Assembly: GCA_036505215.1 (NCBI GenBank)
Contig: DASXTW010000160.1
Span: 12,825-76,824 of the forward strand
DNA length: 64,000 bases
From: Actinomycetota bacterium
GTDB lineage: Bacteria; Actinomycetota; UBA4738
Direction of reading: 5' to 3'
A program made the translations under genes and the position numbers. Of this stretch, positions 47,668 to 58,152 are shown piece after piece. Position 1 is the first letter of the stretch, and every line of letters begins with the position of its first letter. The notes under the pieces are model-generated. The model saw only the letters and a list, made by a program, of their open reading frames with translations, had not been told where the DNA came from and ran no database searches.

Positions 47668-48828
47668 TTACAGGGACTCGATGATCTCCGCGGCGCGGGC
47701 CCGGGCCCACCGATCCGCCCGGTCCAAGGCGACCTCGGAGACGACAGGAGCTGCGCCGTGCTCGTCGAGTACCGCGCCCACCACTTCGGGGATCTGAACG
47801 AGCCGGATCTTCCCTTCCAGGAAAGCCATGACGGCCACCTCGTTCGCCGCATTCAGCGCGGCGGGATAGGTCAGCCCCAAACGGCCGGCCCGATAGGCCA
47901 GGTCGACGGCGGGGAACGCTTCCCTGTCGAGCTCTTCGAAGCTCATCCTGCCCAGCGCGGCCAGGTCGAGCCCCTGGATCCCCGTGCCCAAGCGGTCGGG
48001 GAAGGCCAGGGCGAGCTGGATGGGCAGGCGCATGTCGGCCGCGGCCATCTGGGCGATCATGCTCCCGTCCGCGAACTCGGCGATGCCGTGGATGATCGAC
48101 TCGGGGTGCACGACCACGTCGATGTGGTTGTACTCGAGGCGGAACAGGTAGTGAGCCTCGATCACCTCGAGGCCCTTGTTCATGAGGGTGGCCGAGTCGA
48201 TCGTGATCTTCGGGCCCATCTGCCACGTGGGATGGGCCAGGGCCTCCTTCACCGAAGCCTTGGCCAGCTCGTCACGTGACCAGCCTCGGAACGGGCCACC
48301 CGAAGCGGTGATGATGACCCGCTTGAGGTCCTCCCGGCGCTCTCCCCGAAGGCATTGGGCCAGGGCCGAATGCTCGGAGTCCACGGGGACCAGCCGGTCG
48401 GGCTCGCCCTTCACCAGGTCCATGATCAGCTCGCCCCCGACCACCAGCGACTCCTTGTTGGCCAGGGCCAGCATTTTCCCCGACTGCAGGGCCGCAAGGG
48501 AGGGTGGGAGTCCAACGGCCCCGACCATGGCGTTCAGGACCATGTCGGCGTCCGATTCCCTGGCCAGCGTCTCCATGGCCCCCGGGCCGGAGATGATGTC
48601 GATGGCCCGGATCGGCCCGAGGTTTTTCTTGAGCTCGTCGGCGGCCTGCTCGTCTGCGATGGCCACCAGCGGCGGCATGAACTCGCGGATCTGACCGATC
48701 AGCAGCTGATGGCTGGTTCCCTTTGCGCCCAGCCCGACCACCCGGAAGCGATCCGGATTCCTCCGGACCACGTCCAGTGCCTGCGCGCCGACCGAGCCGG
48801 TCGACCCAAGGATGGCCAGGGAGCGCAC
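47668..48828 (-). CDS. dxr: 1-deoxy-D-xylulose 5-phosphate reductoisomerase
   Basis: 386 aa. ILGSTGSVG...LANKESLV...DSEHSA. Confidence 0.95.
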   Translation of the reverse strand: MRSLAILGSTGSVGAQALDVVRRNPDRFRVVGLGAKGTSHQLLIGQIREFMPPLVAIADEQAADELKKNLGPIRAIDIISGPGAMETLARESDADMVLNAMVGAVGLPPSLAALQSGKMLALANKESLVVGGELIMDLVKGEPDRLVPVDSEHSALAQCLRGERREDLKRVIITASGGPFRGWSRDELAKASVKEALAHPTWQMGPKITIDSATLMNKGLEVIEAHYLFRLEYNHIDVVVHPESIIHGIAEFADGSMIAQMAAADMRLPIQLALAFPDRLGTGIQGLDLAALGRMSFEELDREAFPAVDLAYRAGRLGLTYPAALNAANEVAVMAFLEGKIRLVQIPEVVGAVLDEHGAAPVVSEVALDRADRWARARAAEIIESL

Positions 48829-48890
48829 GACGTAGAGGTTACCCCCCGATACCGACTTTGTCGGGAACGGCCCCGAATCTGGCCCGGAGT

Positions 48891-50648
48891 TCAGAAGATC
48901 AGCCTGAGGAAGTAGAAAGCGGCCGGGGCGACGAACAGGACGGAGTCGATCCGATCGAGGACCCCTCCGTGCCCCGGAAGGACCGACCCCATGTCCTTCA
49001 CTCCCAGGTCCCTCTTGATGGCCGACTCGGCAAGGTCGCCAAGCGGTGCGAACACGGCCACGATGATGGCCAGTCCGACAGACTTCACCAGGTTGAGGGG
49101 ATCGATCGAGGGGAGGATGGCCACGGCCAGGGCGAAGGTGACCACGGTTGCCCCGAACAGGCCTTCCCAGGACTTCTTCGGGCTGATCGTCGGTGCCAGG
49201 GGACGGCTACCCCAGAACGAACCGAACAGGAAGGCCGAGATGTCGTAGATGAACGTCAGGCCGAGGACGGCGAGCATCAGGGCGCGGCCAGACTGTGACT
49301 GGGCCAGGATGACCAGGATGAACCCCGCCAGGAAGGGGACGTACAACACACCGAGCAGGGTGGAGCCGATATGTGCCAATGCCCCCTCTCGGGCCTTCGG
49401 CACCGCAGCCATGTACCAGAGGAACGAGAGCATCAGCCCGAGGACCACGAAGAAGACCATGGCCTGCTCACCCTTGAGATAGGCCCCGGCCAGCGTGAAC
49501 CCACCGATGACGAGGCCGAGAGCCGTCGCAGGCTGATGGCCCTTGCGCTGCATGGTGGCGTACAGCTCGGCCTGCCCCAGCAGGACGACGCCGCCGGCCA
49601 CGACGGCGAACGCCGCCTTGGCCACGGCCAGGGAGACCAAGGCGACCCCGGCCAGGATGGCCGCGGTGAGGACAGCCGCAGGCAGGTTCCTCGCGGGCTC
49701 CGGAGGCCCGGCCTGCTCCGCCATGATGGGACGAGAGGTCGGCTCTTCCCACGTAGGGCCGGTCAGGGGCTCGGTTCCGCCCACCCTGACGGTTCTGGGC
49801 CCGTCCGGCTCCTCGATGTCGGCGAGGAGCTCCTCCTCAACCTGGCCCGGCCCCCGGGCCCCCCCGAAGGACGCCGCAAGGTTGTCGGCCGCAGCCTCAA
49901 CATCAGCGATGTCCGGCTCGTCCCAGTAGGACTCCTCCTCAGAGGACGTCTCGGGCACCTGCTCCTCATCCGCTTCGGCCCTGGCCCGGGCTCCCTCGTC
50001 CTCGCCGAAGGGCCCGCCCAGACCGGCGGCCTCCTCCTCCTCAGCCCGAGGGAGGTCCCGATACTCGGGGGGAGCCTTCTTCAGATCTTCCAGGCTGAGC
50101 TCGTGCCCCTCTTCTCGGTTCGCCCCCGCATCCATGGCGACCGCTTCGCCCAGGTCCTCATCCGCGTCGTAGCCGAACAGGTCCTCTTCGGTCTCGGCGG
50201 CCGGCCGACCGCCCGGATACTCGATCTCCTCGACCTGCTCTTCGTCCTTGACCTGCTCTTCGTCCTCGACCTGCTCGTCGTCGCCCAGGCTGTCTCGCAG
50301 CCTGCTCCATTCCCCGGGAACCTCGTCCTCCGGGGGTTCGGCCGGAGGACTCCGCCCATCAACGGGCTTACGGGCATCGGCGCTCGAGTCCGATCCGAGG
50401 TCGAGGCCCTCGATGTCCGGTTCCCAGCCCGGCGGGAGCAGATCTTCAGCGGGCTCGGATGCACCGGGCTCGAGCGGTCCCCCTCGATCCGGCCGCCGGG
50501 TTTCCGCCGAACCGGGGTCTTTTTCATCGGCTCCACCGGCCCCGGAGCCGCGACGGCCCGGCCCGGGATTGCCCTGAGCGAAGAACTTGTCCAGGTCCTC
50601 GAAGAGGTCTTCGAACTTGCCCGCCCGCTCGTCGCCTTCGGGAACCAT
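48891..50648 (-). CDS. cdsA: phosphatidate cytidylyltransferase with a ~300-aa acidic low-complexity N-terminal extension
   Basis: The C-terminal ~285 aa form the CdsA membrane domain (SAIKRDLGVKDMGSVLPGHGGVLDRIDS). The N-terminal part is in the same frame, with GC-rich third positions. Confidence 0.85.
   Translation of the reverse strand: MVPEGDERAGKFEDLFEDLDKFFAQGNPGPGRRGSGAGGADEKDPGSAETRRPDRGGPLEPGASEPAEDLLPPGWEPDIEGLDLGSDSSADARKPVDGRSPPAEPPEDEVPGEWSRLRDSLGDDEQVEDEEQVKDEEQVEEIEYPGGRPAAETEEDLFGYDADEDLGEAVAMDAGANREEGHELSLEDLKKAPPEYRDLPRAEEEEAAGLGGPFGEDEGARARAEADEEQVPETSSEEESYWDEPDIADVEAAADNLAASFGGARGPGQVEEELLADIEEPDGPRTVRVGGTEPLTGPTWEEPTSRPIMAEQAGPPEPARNLPAAVLTAAILAGVALVSLAVAKAAFAVVAGGVVLLGQAELYATMQRKGHQPATALGLVIGGFTLAGAYLKGEQAMVFFVVLGLMLSFLWYMAAVPKAREGALAHIGSTLLGVLYVPFLAGFILVILAQSQSGRALMLAVLGLTFIYDISAFLFGSFWGSRPLAPTISPKKSWEGLFGATVVTFALAVAILPSIDPLNLVKSVGLAIIVAVFAPLGDLAESAIKRDLGVKDMGSVLPGHGGVLDRIDSVLFVAPAAFYFLRLIF
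50229..50282. repeat. 3 x 18-nt in-frame tandem repeat (EEQV[E/K]D units) inside the cdsA extension
   Basis: ctcgacctgctcttcgtc / cttgacctgctcttcgtc / ctcgacctgctcgtcgtc. Confidence 0.8.
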
Positions 50649-51209
50649 TTAGACCTCCCCCAGCTCCTTCTCTTTCTGCTCGAGGATGCGGTCGACCTCG
50701 GCCACGTACTGGTCCGTGAGGCGCTGAAGCTCCTTTTCTGCCCTGCGCAGGTCGTCCTCCGAAATGCTGTGGTCTCGCTCCTCCCGTTCCAGGTGCTCCT
50801 TCGCGTGGCGACGGACGTTGCGAACGGACACCCGGCCTTCCTCGGCCCGGTCGCGGGCCAGCTTGATCAGGTCCTTCCGGCGCTCCTCCGTGAGCGGGGG
50901 GAAGGCCAGCCGGATGACGTTGCCGTCGTTCGACGGTGTGAGTCCGAGGTCGGAGGACATGATGGCCTTCTCCATCGCCGACATCGCATTCCGGTCGAAG
51001 GGTTGGATGACCAGGAGGCGAGGCTCGGGCACGGAGAACGAGGCGAGCTGATTCAGTGCCACCTGCGTACCGTAGTAGTCGACCGTCACCCGGTCCAGCA
51101 GCTTCGGGTTGGCCCGGCCAGTACGCAGGGAGGAGAGCTCCTCCTGGGTGAACGACACCGCGCCGCGCATCTTCTGCTCGGCGTCGTGAAGGGTTTGCTC
51201 AGTGGTCAT
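50649..51209 (-). CDS. frr: ribosome recycling factor
   Basis: 186 aa with canonical RRF sequence. Confidence 0.97.
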   Translation of the reverse strand: MTTEQTLHDAEQKMRGAVSFTQEELSSLRTGRANPKLLDRVTVDYYGTQVALNQLASFSVPEPRLLVIQPFDRNAMSAMEKAIMSSDLGLTPSNDGNVIRLAFPPLTEERRKDLIKLARDRAEEGRVSVRNVRRHAKEHLEREERDHSISEDDLRRAEKELQRLTDQYVAEVDRILEQKEKELGEV

Positions 51210-51289
51210 GTCCCGATCGTCCCCTGCGTCGCGACGACCCCCCCGCTCCCGCGAAGCCTACTCACTCCCCCGGCTTCTGTCCCGGGTGG

Positions 51290-52015
51290 TTACCCAGCCG
51301 CATGCACGAGCGTGCCGATGGGCTCTCCGAGCAGGGCCCGCTTGACGTTGCCTTCCTTTCGGAAGTCGAACACCAGGATCGGGAGGCGGTTCTCCATGCA
51401 GAGGGAGATGGCCGTGGCGTCCATCACTGTCAGTCCGAGCTTCAGGACGTCGATGTACTCGAGGCTCTCGAACTTCCGGGCCTCGGGATTCAGGTTGGGA
51501 TCGGAGTCGTACACGCCGTCCACCTTGGTGCCCTTGAGGATGGCCTCGGCCTTGATCTCCAGCGCTCGTTGGGCCGCGGTGGTGTCGGTGGAGAAGAAGG
51601 GGACGCCCATGCCGGCAGCGAAGATCACCACCCGGCCCTTCTCCAGATGCCGGATCGCCCGCAGTGGGATGTACGGCTCGGCGATCTGCGCCATATGGAT
51701 GGCCGTCTGCACTCGCGTGTGAACTCCCACCTGCTCCAAGCCGTCCTGGAGAGCCAGGGCGTTCATCACCGTGGCCAGCATCCCGATGTAGTCGGCGCGG
51801 GCGCGGTCCATCCGGGGGGCCTGTCGCCCCCGCCAGATGTTGCCGCCGCCGACCACCACTGCCACCTGGACGCCGAGCGAGACGATCTCTCGCAGCTGGG
51901 TTGCCATGAGGGCGATCGACTCGGCGGAAATGCCCAGCTCGCCGCCCGGCGGGGCGAACGCATCGCCGGAGAGCTTGAGCAGGACCCGGCTGTACAACGG
52001 TCCGGGTCGCTCCAC
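51290..52015 (-). CDS. pyrH: UMP kinase
   Basis: [10 protein letters not shown]...[11 protein letters not shown]. Confidence 0.97.
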   Translation of the reverse strand: MERPGPLYSRVLLKLSGDAFAPPGGELGISAESIALMATQLREIVSLGVQVAVVVGGGNIWRGRQAPRMDRARADYIGMLATVMNALALQDGLEQVGVHTRVQTAIHMAQIAEPYIPLRAIRHLEKGRVVIFAAGMGVPFFSTDTTAAQRALEIKAEAILKGTKVDGVYDSDPNLNPEARKFESLEYIDVLKLGLTVMDATAISLCMENRLPILVFDFRKEGNVKRALLGEPIGTLVHAAG

Positions 52016-52022
52016 CGGGAGG

Positions 52023-52634
<612 letters not shown>

Positions 52635-52686
52635 CCTCGTCTTCCCACGCTTCCTTGTTTCACGAACTGCCTCCGTGGCCGGGAGC

Positions 52687-53796
52687 TCACGCCCGGCGGC
52701 CGGCCCGGTCAGGCTGACCTGAGCCTTCGGCCTCTTCGGGCTCGCTCTCACCGTCTTCGGCCTGCGGGTCGCCCGAGCCCTCGCCTTGGGCGTCGGGCTC
52801 CAGCCTTGAGTCCATCTCGGCCTCGAGCACCTCCCCTTCGGCTGCCTCCGTCCCCGCGACATCGGGGTGCGTCTGGGCCTCCATCTCGCCCGGTGCCGCC
52901 GGTGCCGCCCAGGTCGCCGAGGTGTCCACGGGCTCTGGTTCCGTCTCTGGCTCGGTGGCTTCCCCGGTCGATTCGGTTTCCAACGCTCCCAGATAGGCCT
53001 GCTCTTCCTCAGAGAGTTGTACGGCGCGGCGCTCCTCTAGGGGCGTCGAGGCAGCCACGGCGGGCTCCTTCTCGAACTCGGGTTCGAACGTCCTTCCCGC
53101 CATGCCCTGATACGCAAGGTACTGACCCTCTTGGATGGCGTCGGCCGCCACCTTGGTGATCAGCGCGCAGGCCCGGATGGCATCGTCGTTGCCGGGGATC
53201 ACGTAGTCGACCTCGTCGGGGTCGCAATTCGTGTCGACGATGGCGATCACGGGGATCCCGAGCTTCCGGGCCTCCTTCACCGCGATGTGCTCACGCTTGG
53301 TGTCGATGACGAAGATCGTGTCGGGGAGGCGCTCCATGTCCTGCAGGCCGGACAGGTTCCGGTCCAGCTTCTCCTTCTCATGACGGAGCTTGAGGACCTC
53401 CTTCTTGGGGAGGAACTCGAAGGCCCCGGAGCGCTCCATCTCCCGAAGCTCCTTGAGCCGCTTCAGGCGCGTGTGCATCGTTTGGAAGTTCGTGAGCATG
53501 CCGCCCAGCCAGCGCGTGGTGACGTGAGGCATGTTCACCCGGCCGGCCTGCTCGAGGATGGTCTCCTGAGCCTGCTTCTTCGTCCCCACGAACAGGACCA
53601 CGCCGCTGCGCCGGCCGATGTCCATCAGGAACTCGTAGGCGCGCTGCAGACCCGAAAGGGTCTTCTCCAGATCGATGATGTAGATGCCGGAGCGTTCCCC
53701 GAAGATGTACCGGCGCATCTTCGGATTCCATCGCCTGGTTTGATGGCCGAAGTGCACACCGGCCTCGAGGAGCTCCCGCCGGGTTGCGACGGGCAT
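52687..53796 (-). CDS. rpsB: 30S ribosomal protein S2 with a ~110-aa acidic C-terminal extension
   Basis: [19 protein letters not shown] and the rest of the S2 core are present, followed by a Glu/Ala/Pro-rich tail. Confidence 0.95.
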   Translation of the reverse strand: MPVATRRELLEAGVHFGHQTRRWNPKMRRYIFGERSGIYIIDLEKTLSGLQRAYEFLMDIGRRSGVVLFVGTKKQAQETILEQAGRVNMPHVTTRWLGGMLTNFQTMHTRLKRLKELREMERSGAFEFLPKKEVLKLRHEKEKLDRNLSGLQDMERLPDTIFVIDTKREHIAVKEARKLGIPVIAIVDTNCDPDEVDYVIPGNDDAIRACALITKVAADAIQEGQYLAYQGMAGRTFEPEFEKEPAVAASTPLEERRAVQLSEEEQAYLGALETESTGEATEPETEPEPVDTSATWAAPAAPGEMEAQTHPDVAGTEAAEGEVLEAEMDSRLEPDAQGEGSGDPQAEDGESEPEEAEGSGQPDRAGRRA

Positions 53797-53973
53797 CGCG
53801 AATTCCCTCCTTCCGGTTATGGCCTCCGTCCAGCTCTCTCCCGCCCCGACCCGCGCGCGGGACCTCGGGGCGAGTCCCTGGACGTGTGGATTTGCGGAGC
53901 AAAACTCCGCGCCGGTCAGTGTAACAGTTGCAGGGTCAGCGGCGGTTCGATGTCACGCGCAGGCTTCCACCCT

Positions 53974-55023
53974 CTACTTCCCCCGTGGCTCGGCCGCAGC
54001 CGTGAGAGCGTGGTCCCGGATGAGCAGCCACCGATACACGAGGGCACCCAGCACGCCGACGTGGAGAAACCCCACGAAGAGCGCGAAGGCCCACACGGCC
54101 ACGGACGGTGTAGCGGCGGCGACACGGCTCCCCGGCGTCACCACCGCCACGAACAGGGTCAACGCGAGATAGCTGGTGATCAGCAGCATGTGCTGCGGGC
54201 CCGGCACCCGGGCAGCCTTTATCGACAGCTGAGCTGCCCGGACCGTCCCAACCCCTTCGGCCACGGCGATCACTGGGGCATAGGAGAAGAAGTACAGCCC
54301 AGCCACCAGCGCGGCGATGACTCCGAGGGTTCCCAGAAAGCCCGTCACGAGGAAGATCGCGACGGTGGCGAGCGTCAGGAACCCCAGCTCGATGCCGGTC
54401 ATGGGGACGAGGCTGCGGACGGCTCTGCGGAGGGAAGAGCGAGTCTCCACAGGCTCGGCGGGGGGCCGGAACGAGTCCAGGATCAGGCTGGCCCACACGG
54501 ACATCAGGACGGCTCTGACCAATACCAATCCGACCGAGAAGACCACGACCTGCCCGGCGGCAACGGTCCGTCCTCTGGCCAGGAACTCGATGTCGAGCAG
54601 CGTGTGGATCGGGGGAAGCGAGATCAGCAGCACCATGGCCTGCGGGGCGGCGGACGTGACCACGCCGTAGCCCGAGAAACCCAGCCACAGCCCGAGGACG
54701 GCGAGAAAGGTGATGACGAGCAGGAGGGGGGATCGCCCGACCGCAGATATCCCACGGGCGAAGGAAACGGCGACCGGCGGCTGGAGCGAGGGCGGTCGTC
54801 GTCCCACTGGACCCCGCCTGCCGAGGATCGAGCCCCACACTGAGGACGGCCTGGACGGCTGAGGTGACGCCTTCCGCCTGGGCTCCGCCCCTTCGACTGA
54901 TGAGGATCGACCGACTGTGGCCGAACGGCCCGTCCCAGCTCGTTCGGGTCTGGAGCCGGGCGAGGCAGTCTCTCCAACCGTGCGATAGCCGGTGGGTCGC
55001 CTGCGCTTCTTCTTCTTGGCCAT
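53974..55023 (-). CDS. hypothetical polytopic membrane protein with a basic disordered N-terminus
   Basis: Starts MAKKKKRRRPTG... and continues with about 6 hydrophobic helices. I recognise no family. Confidence 0.55.
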   Translation of the reverse strand: MAKKKKRRRPTGYRTVGETASPGSRPERAGTGRSATVGRSSSVEGAEPRRKASPQPSRPSSVWGSILGRRGPVGRRPPSLQPPVAVSFARGISAVGRSPLLLVITFLAVLGLWLGFSGYGVVTSAAPQAMVLLISLPPIHTLLDIEFLARGRTVAAGQVVVFSVGLVLVRAVLMSVWASLILDSFRPPAEPVETRSSLRRAVRSLVPMTGIELGFLTLATVAIFLVTGFLGTLGVIAALVAGLYFFSYAPVIAVAEGVGTVRAAQLSIKAARVPGPQHMLLITSYLALTLFVAVVTPGSRVAAATPSVAVWAFALFVGFLHVGVLGALVYRWLLIRDHALTAAAEPRGK

Positions 55024-55035
55024 GCCGTTCTGCCT

Positions 55036-56538
55036 TCAGTCGTCGGTCGGGTAGGCCGTCTCATCGTCTCGGCGCTCGGCATCGTCCGGCAGGTCGTCCT
55101 CGGAATCGGGCGCCGCCAAATCTCCCTTCGCCACGACCGACCCTGGCACGTAGGTGACCTCGGTCATGGGACGCGGCCGGATCACCAGCCGGAACAGGAG
55201 GACCACCAGCACCGAGACCAGCACGAAGCTCCCGGCGAAGTTGAGGAGGGCGGCGGGCACGTCGAGCTCAGTCGGTGAAGGGACATCCAGGAGCGCGCCA
55301 GAAGGATCGTGCCGAAACGCGAGCACCGCTCCACGAGGGGAGTTGCTCGTGGTGAGGAGCAGATGGCCCGCGGGGACGAACGCGCCGATGGGGCCGGTCA
55401 CCACGCGCGTCTTCCAAACGAGCCGGCCGGAAGAGATATCGATCCCCGCCACGGTCCCGTCGTCCATCCCGACGTAGATGGTCGAGCCCAAGACCAGTGG
55501 CGACGACCAGGAGACGTACGACGGGAACTGGAAGTCCCACCGCAGCTCGCCGCTCTTCCCGTCGAGGCGATACACCCCGCCGTTCTCGTCCATCGTGTAG
55601 AGATCTCCGGCCGAGAACGCCAGCGAGGAGTGCAAGCTGAAGAAGCCGCGGATCGGCGCCGACCACCTGACGGTCCCTGTCTCCGCGTCGAACGCTCTCA
55701 CCTGCGCGTCGCCGAAACCGACGAAGACGGTCCCGGCAGCCACGGTTGGCGAGGACACCCCGATAGCCACACCCCTCGGTGAGTAGCTCCAGACGGACCT
55801 CCCGGTGGCCGCGTCGAGCGCGTAAAGGCGAGTGTCTCCGTTGGTTCCATTCTCACTCACTGCATAGACCCTTCCACCGGCGACGGCCGGCGCGGCTTCG
55901 ACGCTGGATTGCAGACGTTTCTTCCAGCGGAGGGTGCCTTGTTTGGCATCGATCGCGTAGACGAACCGGTCACGCGAGCCGACGAAGACTGTTCCGTCGG
56001 CGATCGTCGGCCCACCGCGCGAGATGTCTTCGATCGGGAACCGCCACCGCTGCGAACGCGAGGCCAGGTCCGCGGCCACCACTGCGCTCTTCCCGGGGCC
56101 GTTCCCTTCCGTGAACACCACCAGTCCTGCGGCCGGATCGATCGCCGGGGGCGCGAGCGGGCCCTCCACGCGCTCGATGTCGCTCCACAAGACCTTTCCG
56201 CTCTCGGGATCGATCCCGAACAGTCGCGTGCCACCGGTGGCTACGGCCAGCCCAGGCACCAGAACGGCGCTCGACATCCTCGCGTCACCCTCGGGGCGGC
56301 CCCGCCATGCGAGCCTCAGTGGAGGGTGCGGACCATCGCCAGTGGCCGCACCCAAGTGGGCCGGCCCCCCCTGGAGCGCCGGCCACGTTCCCTCCGTCTG
56401 CGAGGTCTGAGCCAGGGCGGTCGTCGCCACCCAGCACGAGCTAACCACAATGCAGGCGATGCCGACCCTGCTCACCCACCTCGATGGCGTGGATGAGCCC
56501 CAATCGGTGCGGCGTGGGATCGAATCTGCACGATTCAA
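55036..56538 (-). CDS. PQQ-like (BamB-like) beta-propeller repeat protein with C-terminal TM anchor and acidic tail
   Basis: It has a signal/TM N-terminus and repeated G.V(Y/F)(V/A)....G.(L/V)(Y/R)A(L/F)DA.TG...W blades. A C-terminal TM helix is followed by a DDxxDD-rich tail. Confidence 0.75.
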   Translation of the reverse strand: MNRADSIPRRTDWGSSTPSRWVSRVGIACIVVSSCWVATTALAQTSQTEGTWPALQGGPAHLGAATGDGPHPPLRLAWRGRPEGDARMSSAVLVPGLAVATGGTRLFGIDPESGKVLWSDIERVEGPLAPPAIDPAAGLVVFTEGNGPGKSAVVAADLASRSQRWRFPIEDISRGGPTIADGTVFVGSRDRFVYAIDAKQGTLRWKKRLQSSVEAAPAVAGGRVYAVSENGTNGDTRLYALDAATGRSVWSYSPRGVAIGVSSPTVAAGTVFVGFGDAQVRAFDAETGTVRWSAPIRGFFSLHSSLAFSAGDLYTMDENGGVYRLDGKSGELRWDFQFPSYVSWSSPLVLGSTIYVGMDDGTVAGIDISSGRLVWKTRVVTGPIGAFVPAGHLLLTTSNSPRGAVLAFRHDPSGALLDVPSPTELDVPAALLNFAGSFVLVSVLVVLLFRLVIRPRPMTEVTYVPGSVVAKGDLAAPDSEDDLPDDAERRDDETAYPTDD

Positions 56539-56549
56539 GACCGCTCATT

Positions 56550-57152
56550 CTAGGTTGCCCTTGGTTCTCCCCGACCCACCAGAGGGCCCCGAATGTTCCA
56601 AAGCTGGGTTGCTCGGACATCGAGACCCTGAACGAGAGGCGCCAGGTGGATCAGATCCGACACGTCGGCTCCTTCCAGGAGCAGCATGGGGTCGATGTAA
56701 TCGGATCCCACTCTGGCCCCGAAGTGAAGGTGCGGCTCCGGCACGTCGGGGTGCCCGTGATCGCTTCGTCCGATCAGCTCTCCGCGCGCCACCGGCTGCC
56801 CCTTGCGCACCAGCACCTCGGAGAGCCATGAGTACGTCGTGCGGACGCCGTCGGGATGATCGATTGAGATGAACAGCGAGCCCCCCACCCATCCGGCGAA
56901 GGCGACAATCCCCTCTCGCGAGGCCCTGACCGGGCTTCCGAAAGGCGAGGCGATGTCGATGCCTCGATGTCCGGCCTCGTACTCGCTGGGAGGTGGCTCG
57001 AATCCCCGGATGACCCGCCCCCGGAGAGGCCACGAGTACGATCCGTAGTCGGGCACCCGCTCGGGTGGGGCCGAGCCACGGCCGGACGGCGAACCCATCA
57101 GCGCTCCGGAGAGCGCCAGCATGGCGGCGATGAACAAGCGGACGGGCGTCAT
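56550..57152 (-). CDS. M23 family metallopeptidase
   Basis: Signal peptide plus HRGIDIA and HLHFG motifs. Confidence 0.85.
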   Translation of the reverse strand: MTPVRLFIAAMLALSGALMGSPSGRGSAPPERVPDYGSYSWPLRGRVIRGFEPPPSEYEAGHRGIDIASPFGSPVRASREGIVAFAGWVGGSLFISIDHPDGVRTTYSWLSEVLVRKGQPVARGELIGRSDHGHPDVPEPHLHFGARVGSDYIDPMLLLEGADVSDLIHLAPLVQGLDVRATQLWNIRGPLVGRGEPRAT

Positions 57153-57318
57153 CTTTCACTCTTCTCGACACCCGGAGGTCAGCCGGCCGAGGTTAGGCGA
57201 TGCGGGCGCCGCCCGCCATGACAAAGCTCACAAAGAGGAGAACTTCTTCGCCAAAATTGCCGAGTGGAGCGGGGCGCTCATCCCTCCGGGGGAGACCCGG
57301 CCCCGGCCGGCATGCGGG

Positions 57319-58152
57319 TCAGATTCCTTCCTGCTCCTTGAGGTTGTTTCGAAGCAAGCCCACAGCCTTGGTGTGGATCTGGCATACGCGAGACTCCGTG
57401 ACGCCCAGGACCTCCCCGATCTCGGCGAGCGTGAGCCCCTCGAAGTAGTAAAGCGTGATGACGATCTTCTCCCGCTCGGACAGCGAGTTGATGGCCGCCG
57501 AAAGCATCGCGCGGGTCTCGTTCCCCTCGATGCCTGAGGACGGATCGATCGCGGCCATGTCGGCCAGGGTGTCCAGCAGCGAGAGCGACTCGCCTCGATC
57601 GGCCCCGGTCGAGACCACCTCTTCGAGTGCCGTCACGGTGACGAACGAGATCTGGGTCACGATCTCATGAAGCTCGGGGAGGCTCACCCCGAGATGCTCG
57701 GCCACCTCGGCATCGGAGGGAGCGTGCTTCAGCTTGGCCTCCAGCTCCGTGTACGCCTTCTCCACTTCACGGGCCTTGAACCGTACCGAGCGCGGCACCC
57801 AGTCGAGCGAGCGGAGCTCGTCGATGATGGCGCCCCGGATCCTGGGGATTGCGTAGGTCTCGAACTTGATCTCGCGGGAGCGATCGAATTTCTCCAGCGC
57901 GTCGATGAGGCCGAAGATCCCGTAAGAGACCAGGTCCGCCTGCTCGACGTTGGCGGGCAGTCCGGTTGCCACGCGGCTGGCCACGTACTTCACCAGAGGC
58001 GCGTAGTGGACGATGAGCTGCTCTCGAGCCTGCTGCGATCCCGTTTCCTTGAATCGCTCCCAGAGCTCCTCGAGGGAGGTGCCCTGCTTGACCTGCCCCG
58101 CGCCGGTGCCCCGGCTGGAAGACGAAGCTCGGGAGGAGGAGCGGCTCGGCAT
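57319..58152 (-). CDS. whiG: FliA/WhiG family (sigma-28 type) RNA polymerase sigma factor
   Basis: Contains region 2 ([18 protein letters not shown]), region 3 and region 4 ([24 protein letters not shown]). Its ATG overlaps the xerC stop by 1 nt. Confidence 0.85.
   Translation of the reverse strand: MPSRSSSRASSSSRGTGAGQVKQGTSLEELWERFKETGSQQAREQLIVHYAPLVKYVASRVATGLPANVEQADLVSYGIFGLIDALEKFDRSREIKFETYAIPRIRGAIIDELRSLDWVPRSVRFKAREVEKAYTELEAKLKHAPSDAEVAEHLGVSLPELHEIVTQISFVTVTALEEVVSTGADRGESLSLLDTLADMAAIDPSSGIEGNETRAMLSAAINSLSEREKIVITLYYFEGLTLAEIGEVLGVTESRVCQIHTKAVGLLRNNLKEQEGI

Noticed and set aside
48891-50648. Alternative reading of the cdsA N-terminal 900 nt as a non-coding spacer or a separate gene.
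   Set aside because: There is no stop codon separating it from the CdsA domain, and the frame shows consistently GC-rich third positions with an in-frame 18-nt repeat. A single fusion ORF is the simplest reading, although an internal start cannot be excluded.
49371-51722. 783-aa plus-strand ORF, the longest in the track. Similar long ORFs lie at 3065..4414, 5420..6919, 13832..14932, 43652..45025 and 53131..54843.
   Set aside because: All lie antisense or out of frame to well-identified genes (cdsA/frr/pyrH, miaB, rny, ftsK, the kinase, rpsB), and none contains a recognisable motif. They are GC-rich shadow ORFs.
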